64,000 bases of DNA from a virus. The translations under genes were made by a program, and so were the position numbers. Positions 57,119 through 64,000 of this stretch are shown piece after piece. Positions within the stretch are counted from its first letter, which is position 1. Each line of letters begins with the position of its first letter. The stretch covers positions 1 through 64,000 of the IMG/VR virus record IMGVR_UViG_3300046028_006182; one strand, written 5' to 3'. A model generated the notes under the pieces. It saw only the letters and a list, made by a program, of their open reading frames with translations, had not been told where the DNA came from and searched no databases.

Positions 57119-57152
57119 AAAGGGATGCACTATTATCTAGTGCATCCCTTTT
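57119..57152 (+). terminator. Rho-independent terminator
   Basis: AAAGGGATGCACTA / TAGTGCATCCCTTT. Confidence 0.9.
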
Positions 57153-57173
57153 TAATTAATAAAAGCCTGCACG

Positions 57174-57554
57174 ATGGTAAGAAAGCTATTTGAGAATGTC
57201 AAAGAGGGGGATGAGGTATACTTCCTAGACCCTAATACCTTTGAAATTAAGTCCATAAAGATTAAGACTACTACCCAAGCTATTATAGGCCAAGGCTTTG
57301 TTGATTTAGAGTATTGGCTATTGGAGCCCCCGAAGCTAGAAGTAGACTCCAGTAAGTACCCCGAAATAAAAGGCCAACGAATAAAGGATAACTTCTTATT
57401 TGAAGGTACCAACCTAGATGACCTGGGGTTAAGCAAGGTACTAAGGTTTCAGAAGAAAGCAGAGGCTGTCGTAGTATCAACAAACCCCCCAACAGTTTAT
57501 GCAACAAGTAAAGAGTTTATAGAGCTATGGATGCAGGGCAAAGTATCAATCTAG
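57174..57554 (+). CDS. Hypothetical protein
   Basis: FENVKEGDEVYF start typical of small phage beta proteins. Confidence 0.7.
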   Translation: MVRKLFENVKEGDEVYFLDPNTFEIKSIKIKTTTQAIIGQGFVDLEYWLLEPPKLEVDSSKYPEIKGQRIKDNFLFEGTNLDDLGLSKVLRFQKKAEAVVVSTNPPTVYATSKEFIELWMQGKVSI

Positions 57555-57787
57555 AGATTACCACGGAGGAAGCCTCGGCTCTTTACCTAGCACTAGGGGA
57601 CCAGATAAACCAGTGTAATTTCTATATCTCCCATCTGAAAGACCTAGAGGACTCTACGGAAGCTATGGATGAGGTACTAACCTTGCATGAGTTAGCAACC
57701 TCTGCCCTTTCTAAAGTTAGTCAGGCCTTAAGCAAACCCCTTACTATTCCCAAACCCGACTTCAATAAGATAAGAGATGGCAGATAG
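57527..57787 (+). CDS. Hypothetical protein
   Basis: Operon packing. Confidence 0.65.
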   Translation: MDAGQSINLEITTEEASALYLALGDQINQCNFYISHLKDLEDSTEAMDEVLTLHELATSALSKVSQALSKPLTIPKPDFNKIRDGR

Positions 57788-58358
57788 TAACCTATATAGG
57801 GCTAGAGTATCTTTAATTAATAGCCTTGGTCGACTAGGAGCACCCAGCCCCAACTACCAGGTAACTGTTAAAACTCTATACCTGTCCGCTAGCTTCATAA
57901 AGACTTCTCGGCACCTGCTTAAACTCTTCTCTGAGCTCTACGGGGTGAAGATGCTTTTAAGGGAGGTTCGCTCATTTGATTACCAAACCCCAAATGGACA
58001 CAAAATCAAAGGCATTACCCTTATCGGGAGCTCCGAGGATATAGAACTCCTAACTGTGTCAATTTATGATTTGCTTGATAGAATTGATTACCTGCTTAAT
58101 TCTCTAGTAACTGAACAAACAAAACAGGAATTACTATCAGAAGTTAACTCCAAATTACTAGAGTTAGTAGAAATTAGACGCCTTAACCCTAAATCAAGGG
58201 TACTATCCCTAGATAAGCAAATAGCTATCAAAACCTTCCTAGCCTACAGTAATATCCCTATGAGCCCTAGTAGGGGAGTAAAGTATACAACTATAGAGCG
58301 TATGAGGTATTCAGACTTTACTAGTACTAAAATCCTAAAACCTAATAAATTCATATAA
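57777..58358 (+). CDS. Hypothetical protein
   Basis: Operon packing. Confidence 0.7.
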   Translation: MADSNLYRARVSLINSLGRLGAPSPNYQVTVKTLYLSASFIKTSRHLLKLFSELYGVKMLLREVRSFDYQTPNGHKIKGITLIGSSEDIELLTVSIYDLLDRIDYLLNSLVTEQTKQELLSEVNSKLLELVEIRRLNPKSRVLSLDKQIAIKTFLAYSNIPMSPSRGVKYTTIERMRYSDFTSTKILKPNKFI

Positions 58359-58738
58359 TGGACTACATACTCCAAACCTTAGTAGAGCTCAGAGAAATAC
58401 ACACTAAGAAACTAGAGCTAAATCGCTCAATGGCTAATGGTAGTAACTCATCTAGGGAAAAGTATTACAGTAGGTTCATGGGAGTACTGAATAGTCGGGA
58501 ACAGCTGCTAGAGAAAAGGCTTCTCGATTTTGGAGCTACGGGTAGAGTATGTATTGTTTCCTACAAGCTGGGGGATTTAGCTCAGTCGATGCTACTATAT
58601 GAGGTACCCGATGCAGAAGTGGAGAACCTGCTAAGGATAAAGCTAAGGGCGGCTATGCAGAGTAGAATAGACCTAAAGGATATTAGTTTTATACAAATAC
58701 CCCTGGGTAAAGCATTGAGTACCAATCCCTTTTTATGA
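58358..58738 (+). CDS. Hypothetical protein
   Basis: TAATG coupling. Confidence 0.7.
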   Translation: MDYILQTLVELREIHTKKLELNRSMANGSNSSREKYYSRFMGVLNSREQLLEKRLLDFGATGRVCIVSYKLGDLAQSMLLYEVPDAEVENLLRIKLRAAMQSRIDLKDISFIQIPLGKALSTNPFL

Positions 58739-58808
58739 AAATCTCAATTCTAGAGAATTAAAATCTCTTTATTTTTTTAATCATTTAAACATTTCAAACA
58801 CCATCACC

Positions 58809-59429
58809 ATGTCAAAAAAAGACAAGAGTAGTGCCAAGAGCTCAAATGAGCTTACACTTAAAACAGCTAAAAACTACGATGAGGCTGTAAAAATCGCTGA
58901 CGACGTAAAAACAGCAAAAACCACGGCTATCGAGGCCTGGAAGAATTTCCTGAAAGCTAACAAGCTAAAGAATGGCCAGCAGCCGGAAGACAAGAAGCTA
59001 CAAGCAGAGTTGGAAGGTATCAATGGTAATAAAGCTGCCTTGAAAGCGCTTTACGAAAAAGCCCTTGAGCAAGTAAAGTCTTTGAAACCAGCGGCAGAAC
59101 GTACTGTAAAGCACGTATATCCAAAGGGAGTTACCTCATCTAAGGATAAGAAAAACTACCGTACCACTATCCGTACTAAATGCGCGAAGCTTGGTATCGA
59201 GATCGAGGAATACTACACGGACCAGGCCAAGTATGACGCTCTAGCTGAGAAAGCAGCTCCGGCTAAGAAGGCTGAAAAGACCGAAAAGGCTGAGAAAACC
59301 GAGAAGAAGGCTGAGAAAACCGAGAAGAAGGCGGACAAAGCCGAGAAAACTGGTAAAGGCGATAAGAAATCGGACAAGAAATCGGACAAGAAAGCCGACA
59401 AGAAAAGCAAGGCCTCTAAAGAGGACTAA
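58809..59429 (+). CDS. Histone-H1-like Lys-rich protein
   Basis: C-terminal (K)KAEKTE / DKKS repeats; optimised codons; own terminator. Confidence 0.8.
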   Translation: MSKKDKSSAKSSNELTLKTAKNYDEAVKIADDVKTAKTTAIEAWKNFLKANKLKNGQQPEDKKLQAELEGINGNKAALKALYEKALEQVKSLKPAAERTVKHVYPKGVTSSKDKKNYRTTIRTKCAKLGIEIEEYYTDQAKYDALAEKAAPAKKAEKTEKAEKTEKKAEKTEKKADKAEKTGKGDKKSDKKSDKKADKKSKASKED

Positions 59430-59469
59430 GCTAATAACTCCTTTATCTGATTACATGAAATGCCTTTAT

Positions 59470-59508
59470 AAGGGCGGCTGGCTATAGAACTGGCCGCCCT
59501 TTTTATTT
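59470..59508 (+). terminator. Rho-independent terminator
   Basis: AAGGGCGGCTGG / CTGGCCGCCCTT plus T tract. Confidence 0.85.
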
Positions 59509-59522
59509 CTAAAACCAAACCC

Positions 59523-60074
59523 ATGGCCAGGAGTAGAATGACCAATTATAAGAACCCCGGGGAAGATGCCCACGTAGACCTTATAGAGACCCACTTAAAA
59601 GCAAAAAACCAGGAGATGTTGGTAGCTAAACTACGTACCAATGACTTCAGGTTTTTTACAATGAATAACCATCAAAACTCAATACCCAAGGGCGTAGCTT
59701 TAAAATTGAAAAGGCATTCAGTTATGCTCAGAAAACTGAACAATGCCGCTGAGTTAGTGGATGAGCAATACGACACCGAGCTAGCATTCGTTATCAAACT
59801 AACCCCCCCTCACAAGCCTTTTGTATATGTATACCTAAGAGGTAAGCTATACCTTAAGATACGCATGGACCATGAGCAGAAGAAGGAGATTAACTTTAAG
59901 AAGGTTAGGGCTGGCTACAAATTCCCTAAAGAAATGAGCCATGCTGAACGAAAAGACTGGCGAGATATAAATAACCGGATTGATAACCCCCGGGCTAGGC
60001 TTAAGCCTACCCAAGAGCAAAAGGATTTCTATTTCCATTGGAAGCCCAAAATAATAATTACTATTAAAAAATAA
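59523..60074 (+). CDS. Basic hypothetical protein
   Basis: 183-aa ORF with AAAACCAAACCC leader. Confidence 0.75.
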   Translation: MARSRMTNYKNPGEDAHVDLIETHLKAKNQEMLVAKLRTNDFRFFTMNNHQNSIPKGVALKLKRHSVMLRKLNNAAELVDEQYDTELAFVIKLTPPHKPFVYVYLRGKLYLKIRMDHEQKKEINFKKVRAGYKFPKEMSHAERKDWRDINNRIDNPRARLKPTQEQKDFYFHWKPKIIITIKK

Positions 60075-60136
60075 GGTACCCCGGTGTAAATATTTTCAAA
60101 TTTTTTGATTAATTTTGTTCTGTTAAATATCCGATA

Positions 60137-60481
60137 ATGAAAAGGAGAGAAATGGAGATACTCACTACCGCTTGCGAATTGAAAATCCAATCACTGGAGG
60201 AAATTGCTAACGACGACCTATTGATATACCAGATGCTGGGGGAGTTAGAGGGCGACGGCTATGATTGTGAAAAGATGGAGGTATCAAATAAAATACTACA
60301 GGAGATATCAGTATATGCTGCATTCATGGACACCTTTGATTTAACCCGATTAAGTGTTACACACACCAAGTCCTTGATTTTTGTAATTAAGAACCATGTA
60401 CCCGTTAAAAAGAAAAAGAAAGCCGCTGTGCTGCTTAAATTGCAGCAGTGGAGTAAATTACCCTCACTAGTATTAAATTAA
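60137..60481 (+). CDS. Hypothetical protein
   Basis: ORF after an AT-rich spacer. Confidence 0.7.
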   Translation: MKRREMEILTTACELKIQSLEEIANDDLLIYQMLGELEGDGYDCEKMEVSNKILQEISVYAAFMDTFDLTRLSVTHTKSLIFVIKNHVPVKKKKKAAVLLKLQQWSKLPSLVLN

Positions 60482-60485
60482 CCCC

Positions 60486-60725
60486 ATGGCCAATAAGATT
60501 AAGAAGCCCCCAATGAACAAGGTTGAGTCCTCTAATATTTCAGAAGTAGGGCATGACGATGATAATAACCGATTGTTTATATCCTTTAAGTCAGGTAAGA
60601 CCTACTACTACGAGGAGATTGCCCGATGGGTTTACAATGATATGATGTCATCTCCATCAATCGGTAAATACTTTCACCACGAAATAAGAAGCCTATATGG
60701 GGATGGAACCATTTACACTAATTGA
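60486..60725 (+). CDS. KTSC domain protein
   Basis: VESSNISEVG.D...LFISFKSG.TYYY...SPSIGKYF...IR. Confidence 0.92.
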   Translation: MANKIKKPPMNKVESSNISEVGHDDDNNRLFISFKSGKTYYYEEIARWVYNDMMSSPSIGKYFHHEIRSLYGDGTIYTN

Positions 60726-60885
60726 GGCAATAGGAGCAATACTTCTAGTAAATCTATTTGCTATAGTGATTGTTTTCCCTGTAATTAGCAATATATCTGC
60801 TTGGTGGCAGTCTAAATATGCCCCCAGGCAATGGGAGAAGAAAGGAAAGCATTGGAATATTAAAAACAAGTACCTAAAACAATAA
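60697..60885 (+). CDS. Small single-TM protein
   Basis: Hydrophobic helix followed by a basic tail. Confidence 0.55.
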   Translation: MGMEPFTLIEAIGAILLVNLFAIVIVFPVISNISAWWQSKYAPRQWEKKGKHWNIKNKYLKQ

Positions 60886-60890
60886 TCACT

Positions 60891-61370
60891 ATGAGAATGT
60901 CAGCAACAACCACAAAACCCCTAGACCAATACCTAGGCTACAGGGTAAGACAAATTATCACGGGCCCTAACAAAGGGCTCTATCAACTTTATGCGGGTAA
61001 AAACCCCAAAGGCTCTACTTTCTTTACAATTGCCGGAGCCCGAGAGTATGCGAAAAGCTTAACTCCATCCGGCAAGAAGAAGCAGTTCTCTGGTTTTAGG
61101 GATGGCGATATCGTTAATAGGATAGAGCGAGCAGCAAGGATGAAACATTATAATGAGCTATCTCTTGCCCAAAAGCAAGCAGAGGAAGCTAGGGATATCT
61201 CAATGAGACCCCGTACACGACCAAGCATAGCTGATACAATGCAGGCTGTTGAGAAAGCCGGGAAAGTAAAAGCTCCTTTTGACGGGATGAAAAACAACGC
61301 CCGTAAGCAATTCATTGAACGTACCGCCTCAAAAAGGAAGGGTATTTCTGATAACAAGAGAACTAAGTAA
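60891..61370 (+). CDS. Basic hypothetical protein
   Basis: Operon packing. Confidence 0.7.
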   Translation: MRMSATTTKPLDQYLGYRVRQIITGPNKGLYQLYAGKNPKGSTFFTIAGAREYAKSLTPSGKKKQFSGFRDGDIVNRIERAARMKHYNELSLAQKQAEEARDISMRPRTRPSIADTMQAVEKAGKVKAPFDGMKNNARKQFIERTASKRKGISDNKRTK

Positions 61371-61388
61371 ACTCGAGGGACAAAAGCT

Positions 61389-61820
61389 ATGAGGGAGTTG
61401 AAAGTAAAGAACCGGGAAACTGGAGAGGTAAAGAGCTTTAGTCCTAGAGCATTTAGCTTATTTTCGGACACTAAGACCAAAGATGGGGTAGACTTATACG
61501 AGGGAGATATAGTCAGAATATCGACTATAGACTCCCTTGTTGAGTCTTTTAATAGGGACATAAGGACTATTGAAAAGATTACTGAGCCTACCCTTGCTCA
61601 GCAAAAAAGGCTAGAGAGGCTAAATAGGATTTTGAAGGCTATAGAATATGTGAGTGGTAGTACTAACTCGGCATCACTAGTTTGTCAGATAGGCTATAAC
61701 ACGTATAGCTGCAGGTTCTCACTCTACATATTAGAGCCTGACCGATGGGGAGTATCACCCTTTGTATGTGACCTTACCCAAAGCAATGTAGAGCTATTTA
61801 ATATTATAGCCTATAAATAG
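61389..61820 (+). CDS. YopX-family protein
   Basis: MRELK start; K.KDG.DLYEGDIV; NVELFNI end. Confidence 0.7.
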   Translation: MRELKVKNRETGEVKSFSPRAFSLFSDTKTKDGVDLYEGDIVRISTIDSLVESFNRDIRTIEKITEPTLAQQKRLERLNRILKAIEYVSGSTNSASLVCQIGYNTYSCRFSLYILEPDRWGVSPFVCDLTQSNVELFNIIAYK

Positions 61821-61835
61821 CCTTGCAATTTAGAG

Positions 61836-61866
61836 TTGACAATGGGTAAATTAGTTTGTATCTTTG
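61836..61866 (+). promoter_or_regulatory. Bacteroidota promoter (cassette copy 1)
   Basis: TTG 61836-38, 20-nt spacer, TATCTTTG 61859-66. Confidence 0.8.
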
Positions 61867-61899
61867 TTTTATTAGTTAATTAGTCAAAACGAACGAAAG

Positions 61900-62493
61900 A
61901 TGGCTTACAACAAGATGGACCCCAAATACTTCCACTTCTATGCTCTAATGATGGACCTAGCTGACGAGGCTATTGTATTCATCGCAATCTCCGATGCCCC
62001 AGCTAAGTTACAGGAGAAGTTGAATGAGCGTATAGAATTTCTAATCCAGACCGCTAGGAAATTACATGATGACCTACAAAACTTCGGGGTAGATGTAATG
62101 AAGCCCCAAAGAAAAACCAAGCTTCTTTTTGAGAGGATGCTCAGCATATATATCCTAAGCCAAAATCTTAGTGGCAGCCGAAAGTGGGTTACCAAAAAGA
62201 AAAGCCGTTTAAGAAACTCCTACTCCGCTTTTGATAAAGCTCAGGTACTTACTGTGGACTCATTGGTAGAATTAGACCTAGAGGCTCGTATCACCTGCTT
62301 ACTTGACTTCCTATATGCAGTACTAGATAAGCCCAAACTATTTACTGAAGCAGGAGAGCCAATCATGGCAAATACCCACACTGCAAGGGGCTGTTGGGAA
62401 ATGCTAGAGTTTATCGATATCCCCATGCCATCCTTTGAGAGCTATACTGAACTATCCCAGCAAAATACATTGAACCTAGTAAACTTGAACTAA
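61900..62493 (+). CDS. Hypothetical protein
   Basis: 197-aa ORF downstream of the promoter. Confidence 0.75.
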   Translation: MAYNKMDPKYFHFYALMMDLADEAIVFIAISDAPAKLQEKLNERIEFLIQTARKLHDDLQNFGVDVMKPQRKTKLLFERMLSIYILSQNLSGSRKWVTKKKSRLRNSYSAFDKAQVLTVDSLVELDLEARITCLLDFLYAVLDKPKLFTEAGEPIMANTHTARGCWEMLEFIDIPMPSFESYTELSQQNTLNLVNLN

Positions 62494-63068
62494 TGAACAT
62501 ATTCTACTTGTCAAAAGACCCAAGGAAATGCGCTAGGTATCATGTGGATAAGCACGTAGTGAAGATGATAGTTGAAACAGCCCAGTTGCTGAGTACGGCA
62601 TTAGTTAAGAACGGTTACCGCTCTATTCAATCACCCGACACACCTATCTATAAGCCTACCCATCCAAATCACCCCAGTAATATATGGGCTAGGGCCAGCC
62701 AAGCTAATTTTGAATGGCTACATGACCTAGGTATAGAGCTATGTAAAGAGTATGAGTTTCGATATAAAAGGGAGCATAAAACCAAAGCTACATTAGGTAA
62801 CATCCTATTTGTGTACACTGTACTTGAGGCTAAGAAATCCTTTAGTACAGATAGTTTTACTCCCCCACCTGCGGTAATGCCCAATGAATTTATAATTGAG
62901 GGTAGGTCTATCGCCAGCTATCGGAACTACTACTCAAATGACAAATTCCGATTACTTAGGTACTCGGGTAGAAACTTTAAATTTCCGGGGGGTATGCTAG
63001 GCAACTATCCCCCCTTTGTTGACAAGTACCATAGACCTGAACCAGGCGCATGGCTACCTAATAAATAG
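62493..63068 (+). CDS. Pyrimidine-dimer DNA glycosylase (DenV/endonuclease V-like)
   Basis: MNIFYL..P..CA..H.DKHVVKM..ETAQLLST; YKPTH.NHP..IWAR. Confidence 0.85.
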   Translation: MNIFYLSKDPRKCARYHVDKHVVKMIVETAQLLSTALVKNGYRSIQSPDTPIYKPTHPNHPSNIWARASQANFEWLHDLGIELCKEYEFRYKREHKTKATLGNILFVYTVLEAKKSFSTDSFTPPPAVMPNEFIIEGRSIASYRNYYSNDKFRLLRYSGRNFKFPGGMLGNYPPFVDKYHRPEPGAWLPNK

Positions 63069-63083
63069 CCTTTGATTTTAGGG

Positions 63084-63114
63084 TTGTTTGTTTCAATTTC
63101 AATTTGTATCTTTG
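63084..63114 (+). promoter_or_regulatory. Bacteroidota promoter (cassette copy 2)
   Basis: TTG 63084-86, 20-nt spacer, TATCTTTG 63107-14. Confidence 0.8.
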
Positions 63115-63149
63115 TCTTATTAGTTAATCATTATAAACCGATTAAAAAC

Positions 63150-63545
63150 ATGAGAGCATCAACAACACCCGCTACCCAAACCAAAAGGTTGAACCCCCAT
63201 ACTAAGGGCTCAATGGAATTTACCGAAGCTGAGGGTTACTTCACCCCTCGACAAATTGCCTTTATACAGGAGGCTAAAAAGACCCTTCGAGATTTAGCTC
63301 ACCCGATGAGGTCAGCGATGATTGAAACCATCAATAAATCCGGCAAGGAAGGCATCACAGTGGGTGAGCTTCAGCACACCCTAAAGATTGAGCAATCTGT
63401 TACCTCGGCCCATCTGAAAGAGTTACGTTCCTCGGGTATTGCTCGAGTAAAAAGGGAGGGTAAATTCCGAGTATACACGATTGACCATGACGTGCTAAAC
63501 CAAATCATGGACAACGCGGAAATCATTGCAAGGGTAGCTCAATAA
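63150..63545 (+). CDS. ArsR-family winged-helix regulator (likely start 63150)
   Basis: LAHPMR..I...TVGEL...IEQSVTSAHLKELRSSG...REGKFRVY. Confidence 0.9.
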   Translation: MRASTTPATQTKRLNPHTKGSMEFTEAEGYFTPRQIAFIQEAKKTLRDLAHPMRSAMIETINKSGKEGITVGELQHTLKIEQSVTSAHLKELRSSGIARVKREGKFRVYTIDHDVLNQIMDNAEIIARVAQ

Positions 63546-63551
63546 CGGGTT

Positions 63552-63881
63552 ATGCCGAGGAAGAGATACCTACTTACAGCTGGTTTCCTCTTGGGTACTT
63601 ACTGGCTGGGTACATTGGAAGTTGAGCCCATAAAGCCCATACCTACCGATGATACTCGGCCAGTAATGGACACCTCTAGAAGACTAGTAGACTATGACTG
63701 GGAGAAAGACCGGTATATTTATGAGGGTGACTATGACTCATTAAGAAAGCACCCCTTTAGAAGTACCTTTATTTCTATACAGGAGTACGATGCTATACCT
63801 AATAGAATAAACCCTAGCCTAGAGCCCGGTTTTAAAGAGCCCGGTTATTATATTGACCTCGATAATATCGAAAACCCATGA
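63552..63881 (+). CDS. Membrane-anchored hypothetical protein
   Basis: N-terminal basic plus hydrophobic segment. Confidence 0.6.
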   Translation: MPRKRYLLTAGFLLGTYWLGTLEVEPIKPIPTDDTRPVMDTSRRLVDYDWEKDRYIYEGDYDSLRKHPFRSTFISIQEYDAIPNRINPSLEPGFKEPGYYIDLDNIENP

Positions 63882-64000
63882 CCACAGATAATAAACATTA
63901 CGAAGCTCGCAAATACTTCTTGGCTGACCTGTGTAGAATGCTCGGAATAAACACCGCCCATGACTATGATGGTATCGAGTCCGAGGAGGATATAGTAATC
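63878..64000 (+). CDS. Hypothetical protein, truncated by the window end (MTTDNKHYEARKYF...)
   Basis: ATGA overlap; open to the window end. Confidence 0.6.
   Translation, partial: MTTDNKHYEARKYFLADLCRMLGINTAHDYDGIESEEDIVI

Overview
A 64-kb segment of a densely packed, uninterrupted tailed dsDNA phage genome with a contractile (myovirus-type) tail. The host is very probably a Bacteroidota species: there are canonical TTTG-N19-20-TAnnTTTG promoters, no Shine-Dalgarno sites, and Bacteroidota-style signal peptides. Left to right: (1) a repeat-rich non-coding end/origin-like region and one compositionally distinct early gene with a boxA leader; (2) a minus-strand cluster of small and membrane ORFs; (3) a degenerate C5 cytosine methyltransferase, an amidase endolysin and a spanin-like protein; (4) the head module (TerL, portal, protease/scaffold, decoration, MCP, a head-fibre candidate and two signal-peptide-bearing fibre-like proteins); (5) neck, sheath, tube, a tail chaperone with a -1 frameshift, tape measure, baseplate, holin-like genes and tail fibre; (6) a lone minus-strand sigma-like gene; (7) replication, nucleotide and recombination genes (DnaB-like helicase, primase, SF2 helicase, dimeric dUTPase/dCTPase-like protein, two thymidylate-synthase-fold paralogues, dCMP deaminase, PolA, dNMP kinase, UvsY, SSB, RecA, 5'-3' exonuclease, SbcCD, resolvase); (8) a NusG paralogue and many small early genes (poly-acidic, histone-H1-like, KTSC, YopX, DenV-like, ArsR). 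The best candidate for a new system is the tandem TS-fold pair. Both carry Asp at the dUMP/dCMP specificity position and sit between a dNTP pyrophosphatase, a dCMP deaminase, PolA and a kinase. This suggests either genome-wide cytosine modification or a dCMP-methylation route to dTMP. By eye, the genome nearly lacks GATC while CTAG, AGCT and GTAC are abundant. No tRNA, CRISPR, integrase, intron or intein was seen. All functional calls come from motif recognition by eye, not database searches.
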